From NCBI GenBank assembly GCA_000320545.1, contig ADNK01002608.1:62001-126000 (forward strand): 64,000 nt of DNA. Reading direction: 5' to 3'. Below, piece after piece: positions 11,912 to 21,945 of this stretch (positions within the stretch are counted from its first letter, which is position 1; every line of letters begins with the position of its first letter). The translations under genes and the position numbers were made by a program. A model generated the notes under the pieces. The model saw only the letters and a program-made list of their open reading frames with translations. It had not been told where the DNA came from and did not search any database. The DNA comes from Bigelowiella natans CCMP2755 (taxonomy: Eukaryota; Protista; Cercozoa).

Positions 11912-14900
11912 TCATTTGAATCTCCCCTACTACTACCAAAACATACGCAGTAAAAACGGAACTGAACAAGGCAGGCAAAGAATAAATAGAAGATATAATA
12001 TGTTAAAAGAAATGATAACCACCAACAACATCGAACTCGCCTGGTTTGGGGAAGGCCGCCTCAAAGAATCGGAGAGGCTGCATCCTCCAGCGGGATACGA
12101 AGTGATTCGGACGAGCGGCTCCTCTGGGAGCTTTGGATTAAGAAAAAAGAACACAGATATAATTCATATACCTATAGATGATAACAATTACGATATTAGT
12201 TTTTTCATACACAGCATTGAAAAATATGCTGTCATAATGGTGTACCTCCAGCCACACCAAAACATCTCACATCTGAAAGAGAGATTAGATTTCATAATGA
12301 ACATCATTCGGAAACAGAAATGGAAAAAATACATCATCGTGGGGGACACTAATGCTAAACACTCCACCTACGATGTCCGAAACCAAGAAGATAGACGTGG
12401 CAGATACCTACACCAGTGGTTGTCGGATAACAACATCATGATGGTCAACCCTGGGGAAGCCACATATTTCAGAAAAGGAAACACAAGCACACTTGATCAT
12501 GTGCTGTGCTCCTCAAACTTCGCACACCAAATAGAATATCAGATGGCCAACACCACGACAAGTGACCATTTCGGTATCCACTTTGGAAAACCTGTGGCAA
12601 TCCATCAACAGACTTCACCAATGATATATGACATCGACAAATTCGATGTAAAACGATTTGACGAAAAATTGAATAATATTACCGAACGCTTGCACCAGCG
12701 CATACTAAACGTTCAATCGGAGGCTGATGCAAAAAAGCTTGAACGCTGGTTCTGGGACTTTACCGGAAAAGCTTTTAATAGCTGCACACCAAAAAAACGA
12801 CAACGTTGGAGTCCAATCAAGCCATACCAAAACGACAAAAAATATAAATCCATCAAAGATCAACAAGAAAAATTATTTAGATCCTTGAAACACGAAAGGA
12901 AATTTCGGAAGAGAAAATTATTAGAAACCAAGATCCAAGAAATCAACGCCGAACTTGAACGAACCACCGAAACCCTTCAGTACGAAGCATGGCAATTATT
13001 CTTGTCTCGCTTCGAAAAATACAACAATGGGAATCATACCAGAATGCTGTACAAATTATTCCAAAAATCCAGAGGGCGGGATAAATTCGGAGGACTCGAT
13101 GGCGAAACCTCTGAAGAAAAAAAATGTGAAGTGTGTGTTGCCAAATGGAAACATATCTACAAACCACACCCGTCAGACAAGAAAAATCGAACCTTTCACG
13201 CTGAAACTGAGGCCTGGAGAAATACCTTCAGGAAAAATGAAGACAAAAAGATCCACAGTGTTAATTCATACAACAGAGATTTTTCTATGCATGAACTAAG
13301 AAACGTGATCAACAAAGCATCACCGTACAAGTCTCCTGGCGATGATGGTGTTCACCTAAACATGTTGAAAAAAAGCAAGAAACTCCATCAACTGTGGTTA
13401 GCTACATTCAACACGTCATATAGATGGGGTACCCGAGATGGCTCACGTAAGGCGGCCATTTTTTGTCTCATCCCTAAGGCCAACAAAGAACTTAACACCC
13501 CTCTCAACGGGAGAACGATTTCTCTCCTACAAATAGCTTCAAAAATAGAAGACAAACTAATAGAACAACGGCTCCGCGAAGCTATACCCCCCAAAAACAT
13601 TAGCATACATCAGTATGCATTCATGAAAAATCGATCCTGCGAAACTGCACTCACAAAGATGACGCAGTCAATCGAGGATGGAGTATATAACAAAAAGCTT
13701 GCAGCCATCCTGTTGTTTACAGATGCCTCTAAAGCTTATCCAAAAGCCTGGCATTCCGGCATGATACGCAAGTTACATGACAAATACGGAATACGAGGCT
13801 CGCTATTGCTGTGGATCGACGACTGGCTCAGAGATCGTACCGCCAGATTCAGATTTGGCAATACTCTCTCTGAGCACATGAACCTTGGGAGCGGCGTCCC
13901 CGAAGGATCATCTCTCAGCTGTTTCCTTTTCATAACCTATTACGACATTTACGAACATATTACCAACACAGATTTCCAAATATACTGTGACGACGTTACC
14001 CCCTACAAATTGTTTTCGCCAAACCGATGGGGGAAAATGCAAGATGATATCCAGGCCGACCTAAACCAAATGACGGACTGGTGCATGAAATGGCGGATGC
14101 GATTCAATGGGGACAAGAGCGGGTACCTTATAATTGACAAAAGAAATAAAGCCCACCGACACCAAACCTCCTGGAACATCTCTCTCAATCTCCAAGGAAA
14201 AATAAAAAGAGTCGACAGCGGCAGATGTCTCGGACTAATCTTCGACAACAAATTAACCTTTGAAAAACATGCTCTTGCTTCTCACCTGAGATTGCAAAAG
14301 AAGCGAAGGTTTTTGTTAAGGTTGTGTTATTCCAGACACCTTGTACCGCTAAACGTCAGACTGAAATTTTACAAATCATGGTTCCTTGCATCCAGCAGAT
14401 ACGCTGCTCCAATATGGAGATCACGAAGAAACATACGAATAAAACAGATGGATTCCATGGAATCCCAAACCCTGAAACGTATATTGGGATTACCTGGATC
14501 CATCTCCAACGACGTCCCCCACGTCCTCACTGGCACGTTGCCACCCCGATATCAAACTAAAGTGCAGTGTGCTAAATCATGGTTACGCACTAACGCATGG
14601 ATCGACACAGGCAGCGGTCCTCAAATCCATGAGGGAATAAATGATTGGAGCAGTTATGGCTTCATCATTGAAAATCGAAAAATGTTGGATGGCACATCGT
14701 GGATTGATGTGGCCACACACACGTGGAACAAAGCATCCTTGTTTCGACGGCTCAAATCGATCACTGACGACTTGTTAGGTGACGAATTGCCCACCGTTTT
14801 GGCGACAACAGAGGCGCTGAAAAAAGAACTGAAAAAACATCACAAGGTGATGAAATCTTGTGCTTTCAACGAATTCGAAGAGGAATGGTCCAATGATTCA

Positions 14901-15374
14901 TTGCGCGCTGTGCATCTCAAGAATCTTGGTTTCCTCCCGTCATCTTCGATCACCGGCATCAAACTGAAACTTCCAAGTGTTGCTACATCATGGATGCGCG
15001 CCATCTGTGGTGTCGGCAATCTTGGCAAATTCATGCTGTCACGTGGACAATGCACAGAGGAAGATGCCACGTGCGATGCATGTGGCATCCTGAAGGACAT
15101 GGATCATCTCCTGCAATGTCCAATGCATGGTCGAGAACAAATCAGATTGCGCAATCAAATGCGCGCGATCATGAATCGCAACGACGACACGAACCGGTTG
15201 ACAAAGGCTGAAATTGAATCCAGAACTGCTGCGCGCAGTGCGCGGCAACATCGGTCGCATGAGGACGCTTTCAAATGCATGAAACACATTGTGGCAGAAA
15301 CCAACAGATGCAACATTAGCGCTGTAGCCGCTGCATTGCACAGCTACATCAGGATGACCATTGAAAAAATTTGA
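11904..15374 (+). CDS. LINE ORF2: APE endonuclease, reverse transcriptase, C-terminal CCHC zinc motif
   Basis: Endonuclease motifs YQNIRS, IVGDTNAKH, TLDHVL, TSDHF; RT motifs KSPGDDG, QYAF, DASKAY, GVPEGSSLS, YCDD, CLG; zinc motif CDAC...HLLQC. ATG 11904 overlaps the ORF1 stop (ATGGTTAA). Confidence 0.96.
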   Translation: MVNHLNLPYYYQNIRSKNGTEQGRQRINRRYNMLKEMITTNNIELAWFGEGRLKESERLHPPAGYEVIRTSGSSGSFGLRKKNTDIIHIPIDDNNYDISFFIHSIEKYAVIMVYLQPHQNISHLKERLDFIMNIIRKQKWKKYIIVGDTNAKHSTYDVRNQEDRRGRYLHQWLSDNNIMMVNPGEATYFRKGNTSTLDHVLCSSNFAHQIEYQMANTTTSDHFGIHFGKPVAIHQQTSPMIYDIDKFDVKRFDEKLNNITERLHQRILNVQSEADAKKLERWFWDFTGKAFNSCTPKKRQRWSPIKPYQNDKKYKSIKDQQEKLFRSLKHERKFRKRKLLETKIQEINAELERTTETLQYEAWQLFLSRFEKYNNGNHTRMLYKLFQKSRGRDKFGGLDGETSEEKKCEVCVAKWKHIYKPHPSDKKNRTFHAETEAWRNTFRKNEDKKIHSVNSYNRDFSMHELRNVINKASPYKSPGDDGVHLNMLKKSKKLHQLWLATFNTSYRWGTRDGSRKAAIFCLIPKANKELNTPLNGRTISLLQIASKIEDKLIEQRLREAIPPKNISIHQYAFMKNRSCETALTKMTQSIEDGVYNKKLAAILLFTDASKAYPKAWHSGMIRKLHDKYGIRGSLLLWIDDWLRDRTARFRFGNTLSEHMNLGSGVPEGSSLSCFLFITYYDIYEHITNTDFQIYCDDVTPYKLFSPNRWGKMQDDIQADLNQMTDWCMKWRMRFNGDKSGYLIIDKRNKAHRHQTSWNISLNLQGKIKRVDSGRCLGLIFDNKLTFEKHALASHLRLQKKRRFLLRLCYSRHLVPLNVRLKFYKSWFLASSRYAAPIWRSRRNIRIKQMDSMESQTLKRILGLPGSISNDVPHVLTGTLPPRYQTKVQCAKSWLRTNAWIDTGSGPQIHEGINDWSSYGFIIENRKMLDGTSWIDVATHTWNKASLFRRLKSITDDLLGDELPTVLATTEALKKELKKHHKVMKSCAFNEFEEEWSNDSLRAVHLKNLGFLPSSSITGIKLKLPSVATSWMRAICGVGNLGKFMLSRGQCTEEDATCDACGILKDMDHLLQCPMHGREQIRLRNQMRAIMNRNDDTNRLTKAEIESRTAARSARQHRSHEDAFKCMKHIVAETNRCNISAVAAALHSYIRMTIEKI

Positions 15375-15393
15375 TTCTTCATCACATCCGTCT

Positions 15394-15463
15394 CATGTTG
15401 CATGCATGAAAATGCATTGTGATTTGGTCTAGCATGTCGTGCTTTGCGCGCAGCTGCATGAGC
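15394..15463 (-). mobile_element. Right part of the split antisense LINE copy
   Basis: catgttgcatgcatgaaaatgcattgtgatttggtctagcatgtcgtgctttgcgcgcagctgc is the reverse complement of 6490-6553 and is contiguous with 10321-10435. Confidence 0.93.
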
Positions 15464-15718
15464 AGATTGCGTAATATGTACGCATGCATGCTGATACAGC
15501 GTAAGCGATGCATGGTATGCTGGTACAGCTTAGCTGGGAAGTCATATATGCACGAGGCTTGAATGAGAGATATTTTAATTTATCATTGCTAGATTGGAAT
15601 ATTTTAGGTTGCTAGATGCATCATGGATTAGCTGGCGTTGGGGCAGAGATTACAGCAACTCTTTACGATTCAAATAATAGTTCATGATACAACTTAAATC
15701 CTCTAGCCCTGTTGAATC

Positions 15719-15836
15719 ATAATCCATCGCTTTCTGCAGCCTCACCAGCGTCAGAAGACTCTTTTTCATAGAATTTTAGTCCTAACTCTGGGTCAATAGG
15801 CTTGTGCTTCTTGTCGGATCTCTGCAACAAGCAGAG

Positions 15837-15896
<60 letters not shown>

Positions 15897-17332
15897 AATG
15901 GTGTATTACATCTATCTAAAAATATATGTGGAGAGACGACGATGACGACGACGGCGACACAAAGTCATGATGATGATATACCAATAACCCAAGACGGTAC
16001 AAATCCAGGCTGGCTATTTCTGAGATTTCCGTTATGACCTGCAACATGACTATTTTCCCAATACAACTCGATTTTTTTGAAATTTGCATGTAAGCAATGG
16101 CATCTGCAAAATTGCTATTGCGACCCTTCCATTTTTCAAGTAATTGTTCTTATATAAAGAAAACGACACAGCTAATAATGAGTACAAATACATCAATAGA
16201 CCGACCCCTTCTATTCCATTGAGCAACGAAAGATCCAATTGCTCCTAGTGTACGTACACAATTAACATATCGCTGTCAAACAAATAAGGGTTTGGTAAAT
16301 AAGGCTAAGGGTAGAATGAAGTCACTGCTCGTAAGAGTTTTTAAGAAAAGAGAAAGAAAGAGATTTTCCACAAGAGCTACTACTACTAGATAATAGTGAT
16401 CATTTAGTCGAATGCCTGCAACCTTGCGAACCACAGTCGCTAGCGCAAGGAATTTATCTGCTTCACCCTAATGGTTGTTATCGTCACGATTATATTTCAT
16501 TATGCATTTTTATCAGTTATTGTTGTTGTTGTTGTTGTTGTGTCGTCGTCCTTTGATAGTAAAATAAAGCTCAGAGCACCCACCCTGTATTCATGCACAG
16601 GAACTTGAAGAGGCCTTGGTCGCATTCTCTCCCTGGTTCAACAACATGCACCAATTGGTGAATAATAATTACTCTTTTCAGCGAATACTATGAGGAGGAT
16701 TATGTTATCGCATTCGTTTTGTTTTTATCCCATCTTCATAATTCATAATATCATCATTTATTGTCGTTATCATGATCGTCGCCACCAATTCGGGTGTTTA
16801 GTCATCAGCCATCTGATAGATAAATAAATATATAGATAGGGTGAAGCATAAGAATAAGTATAGGAGGAGGAAAGGGAGGGGGGAGGTTAGTAGTGCGTTT
16901 AGAAGTAATTTCTGTCTATGCGATAGTACTTTGAGATCAGATTTCTACATCAAGAGAGGGATGCTTACTACTCTACTACTACTACTACTACTATTACCTC
17001 ACACGTACGCACTCTTCCCAATCCTCAAAACCGATGAGTATTCGAGCCTCCACCTAACAGAGAGGAGAAGTATATTTAAATGGAATGAAGGGATTGTGAG
17101 TAAGAGGGTTGATGTTGGCAACCACTACCGCAAGCACTGTTTTGTTTCCTGCAGCAATACATCAGTATATACGTAATAAAAACATTTTATCATCAATTAT
17201 CATCGTCGTAGTCAGTGAGTGACCTCATGAAAGGCTGCTATAGTACAGGTATTTGGCAAGAGTGAACGTTTCACACACGCCCGCGAGCGCACACACTCAC
17301 TCACACTCAAACACACATTACGATTCTCCTCT

Positions 17333-17380
<48 letters not shown>

Positions 17381-17470
17381 CCATCTCCCTGACTTGAGGA
17401 ATAACGAAAGATAACCAGCCTTTTCCTGCCCTGCTGTCAACAACCTGATTAGTCAGTGAATATGATGAAT

Positions 17471-17505
<35 letters not shown>

Positions 17506-18759
17506 GACGACGATGATGATTTAAACACGCTTCTACTACCTCAATGACTGAGATATAAGGTAATTCTTCCCACCAAAAGGTTTCCGTTTGATACAGACTC
17601 CTTCCTTTTCCCTAGGTTTAAAATACGACGACGACGAGGAACAAGAAAGAGTATAAACAGAAATAAAGGTATAAATGCATGTGCACCGCTGGTGGGATAA
17701 TGCTTACGATGAAAAGTTTCAAAATAATAATCTAAAGGTTTGCGTATTGTTAATTGTGTAAAAAAGGGGTGATTATTTTGGATGACTGATAAAATCATAC
17801 CAAAATTAATGGAGATATCATTATATTTTCATGTGCAGTTGTTATCATGTGTGGTCCATCGTCGTCGTCGTCGTCGTCGTCGTCGTCAATTTGTTCACTT
17901 ATGATGTGATGAACCCGTACATATCGCGACACAGTAGTCATCATCTTCATCATAATCTTTTCCATCCTAATTATCTTGTATCACACTACTACCCACCCAC
18001 CTTGATTTTACTTTGAGCCTCATCAAAATACTGATCGATCGGATTTATTGACCCTGTAGTATTATTATTAGATGATGAAGCAGCAGCAAATTAAGAAGTC
18101 AATTGATGATGTCGACAGTAGCTGTGTTGTATCTACAACGATAATGATTATGGTGATGATGATGATGATGATGACGACGACGATACCGCTTCTAAGAATT
18201 GCTAACTCTTTCTCCTCGTCCTAGTTCAGAGAGGGAAAACAAGAGCATAAGGGACAAGAATACAAATTAATCCTGACCAATCAAATCTAAGAAGGCTGAA
18301 GGATGTAACCACCATATCGTAGACATAGTTGAGTTCCTCTGTCGCGTCCTCCTCCTCCTCCTCCTCCTCATTGAAGAACTCGTCATCACCATCTTCGGGA
18401 TCTTGATGAATATCATTGACGGGGCTTTCATCTGCTACTATGTCGACGGGATAATAAATCTGCTTAGTTGTTTTTTTCGAGCCATCGCTTCGAGGGTGAT
18501 GTGCGCGAATTTGAGCTGCACCATCATCTTTCCACACCTTCCTCATCGAATCCATCATTCTTCCACGAAAAATGCGACCACTAGGGATGTTATTGTTTTT
18601 GCTGAGATAACTACTTTGGGCAAAATTTCTCCATCCTAGAGCTCCTCCTCCACTTAAATGTACTCTCTGATGGTTCCTCTCCGAAGTCCATTCCAATTTC
18701 GATAGGTTAGGAGACATTATGACTACAAAAATTGAGATGATGAAAATCAGCGCACGCAT
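15719..18759 (-). CDS. Hypothetical multi-exon protein with N-terminal signal peptide and basic/Ser-rich leader
   Basis: Exon 1 is MRALIFIISIFVVIMSP plus an R/S-rich segment and an acidic tract. About 10 small GT-AG bounded exons follow between microsatellite introns. The 3' end is uncertain and no family was recognised. Confidence 0.55.
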
Positions 18760-19789
18760 AGATGCTCTTGCGAAATTATACTATCTTGGACTGTGATTGT
18801 CTGGAGAGGTATGCGAATAGGGGGTGAAGTTGCCTGTGGCACTAGGATCTACTCATTTATCTCCCTCCTCCCATGATGATGGGTGCACAGTGGCTTCTTC
18901 AGAGAATGTTGCGATGACATTGAAATGCAATGCTTTTTGAATCTGCGACAACCCAGTATTTGATGATTTTCTAGTTTTTTGGTGGTAATGAGGTGTCTTT
19001 CTGCTTTGAGGACGGATGAGTTAGCCCCATGATCCTTTCAACTGCTCCGATGGAAACCCTTCTTTCTTTCTTTCTTTCTTTCTTTCTCTCTTGACCATCT
19101 ACTTGAGTGCGTCCAGCTTGTTAATAGTGCTAGCAGCGCACCTTGTTGGAATGTCGAATGAGTGCGAGCCTTGAATCTTGATCCACGGCAGTCTTCTGGT
19201 CTCAATCGAGGACGTGGTGAAGCTGGGTGCCCGTCCAATGACTTCCAGCCTTCCAGCTGCACGATTGCAGTTGTTTCGTTCACCCATGTGTTCTTGATGA
19301 CTTGAGACCCGAGGGTCACAGATGAATGTATCAATCACGTCAGCGCATGCGTGCGACGAACAAACCCTCCGTTTTCCTTGGAGGTCCATTTGTTTGGGAA
19401 TCGAGGAAGTGGGCGATGAAAGGTGATGAATTGACACTTTCAGGAATCCGATCTTTCAGCTACGTAACGTTGCAAACACTCCGTTCATTTGTTTGTTTAA
19501 TCACTCCTAGACTCCGTCTGTTCACTCCTAGCTAGCCAGACTCGTCTGTCCACCCGCGTTCATGCAAACCCTCCGCTAGTCCGGGTTCCTGATGCACGAC
19601 AGGCTGGCTAGCTGGTGAAAGTGGCGACAAGCGACCGCCAGCGAACGGCAGCAACAAACGAGCAGTAGCACGCAAGGAGCGAGACGCGCATGACCGCTCT
19701 GCGCTTTTTCATGCATGCGATGAAAGATGAAAGACATCTAGACATCACAATAATGATGCAATGGTGCAGAAGAACCAAGCCGCATGTGC

Positions 19790-19930
19790 ACAATTTGAGC
19801 GGTGTGTGGCCGCTGCTTTGCACAGCTCTAGCTAGCTAGACTAGTAGAGCCAAATTCTAGGCGAATTGTGATTAGGATGACCATTGACAAAATTCAATTT
19901 GATCATTCTGGCATTGCCATCCGTCTCGTG
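19790..19930 (+). mobile_element. Highly degraded LINE 3' end
   Basis: gccgctgctttgcacagct...attaggatgaccattgacaaaatt...ccatccgtctc matches the family tail, interrupted by a CTAG-rich insert. Confidence 0.8.
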
Positions 19931-20885
19931 CAGCATGCTAGCATCTAGGCATGCTTGTCTAGATGTGTGTGCATGTCCATTGTCGAGGCACCAAGCCTGC
20001 ATCATGCTAGCATGATGCGTGACGACTGGCTAGCTGGGCCCAGGCTTTGTTGATCATTTCCGCATCACAGCACGCGCATAGGAATGAGGGAACAGCGCTG
20101 AGCACTAGCTAGCTAGCTAGAGCGGGGCAGCCAGCATGCACACAACTAGCCTAGATCTGACAACACCAGAACAACATGCATGCACTTGTTAGCTCCTTCA
20201 TCTCTAGCCTAGTCATGCATCGCATCCATGCAAGCACATAACTCTAGAATTAGACAACCTAGCTAGCTAGCTAGATCTTGCTTTCAGCTTGAATGATCTT
20301 GATGATGATCCGATGAATGTGCACAGCGCATCTCGCTAGCTCGCAGCTATGCGATGTACACACCGCACGCAGGTGTATCAGTATGCTAGCATGATATAGT
20401 GATGTGTATGTAGCGCATTGTAGCAGCTCTGAACCAGCGTCATCTAGATCATGGTTAGATGGGTCCCGCATCGCACTTGGTACGTCTTGAAACGAAGGCA
20501 TGATTGAGTTTGTCTAGCTATTGAATTACATGACTACAAGAACATTCACTGAATCTAAGAACAAATGCATACTGATGTGTAATTTATTGATGAACAACGT
20601 TAACATATATGATTAATTATCACAATGGTTATTTATAATCACTACGCTAATCAATTGAGTTGATCCGGATGTAAAACCGATGTACACCGTTACTACTGAT
20701 ATTACTATAATTTCTACTAATCCTATGGTGTCGCGAATTGATAATACTAGTGCAGGAAGAATGTACAGTTTAAGTCTTGCCTCATCCCTTTGTTAACAGG
20801 ACTACGACGACGGTTCCGGGATGTTATAACGTGATGGAATAAGGAGCGCGAATGATGATGAGCGCTTGCTCAGCGTCAATCATCC

Positions 20886-21912
20886 TCAAATTCGTAGCTC
20901 GTCCTCAAGATGACAGTACTCAAATGTGAAATCTGACTTTATCCTCTTGCACCAACCACTCTCATAGTCGAAGAAAACGTAAGTACCCTGTTCATAGTCC
21001 TCGTTTTTAAATTTTGGGTCATTGTGGCGCTGAAACCATGTGAGAAACTTCTTATGGTAGCGCCAGCTCTGCTTCTTCAACTCCCGAGCGGCGAGATATT
21101 GGTGTTGGGTGCCTTGCTGGAAGTAGAAGATGAAGAACAACGTGTCCGTATCAAATTTGGAGAAGAAGTTTGGCGAGTCGAACACCTGAAATATGATGAA
21201 TGAATACTTTAATGCATAAGAAGTTGTTGGGATTATTTTTTGTTCTTCTTCTTGTGTCTCATCATCTGTGGGACGATTGAAACTGACCGGTGCTGGTAGA
21301 TCAGGAAAGCAGGAGGGCGTCCTGTATGGATTTCCAGGCACGTACTGCTTCGGCCTCTCTGTATCTACTGATCCAGGCATATTCCTTCTGGAAGAATCTA
21401 ACATATCTAAATTCTTCAAATATCTCTGTGTGATATTTTTCTTGCCCAGCACAGACAACGACGCTGCCCCCCCTACATTTCTTTCGGCTGTAGGATCTCC
21501 TCGAAGATCCCTAGAGATTGATCCCCCAACAGCAGCGCCAACAACGCCAGGTATGCCATCTGCAAGAACCCTCTGTGAATTGCAAGACGGACCGCTACTA
21601 CTACTACTACTAGTTCCACCAGTGAGAGTAGTTCTATTACCATTTGCTGCACTTCTTCCCATTAGTCCAATGACTCCCGGAGGTACTCCTCCTGCTCCAC
21701 CTCCTGAAGAACCACCCACATAACGACTACCAGTACCTGTTAGGAATAAGGATAAGGAATCAGCTTTAAGGTGGATGTTAGTAGTAGTAGTGGAAGGTGA
21801 GAGAGGAAGTACGATAATACGGCAAATGTAAGATATGCCACTCGCATTCAAGTATCGTTCCTCCACTCCTACTACGACCTCGGAAGTCGGCCATTATGGA
21901 GAAGGAGAGGGA

Positions 21913-21945
<33 letters not shown>

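Larger units (their letters stand above)
10436..15396 (+). mobile_element. Apparently full-length non-LTR retrotransposon (LINE, APE endonuclease + RT)
   Basis: Two long overlapping ORFs, TSD catgtt (10430-10435 / 15394-15399), 3' end catccgtctcat with no poly(A). Confidence 0.96.

Noticed and set aside
19380-19560. Weak inverted similarity to 38150-38260
   Set aside because: Only two short motifs match by eye; this needs an alignment before calling a repeat family.
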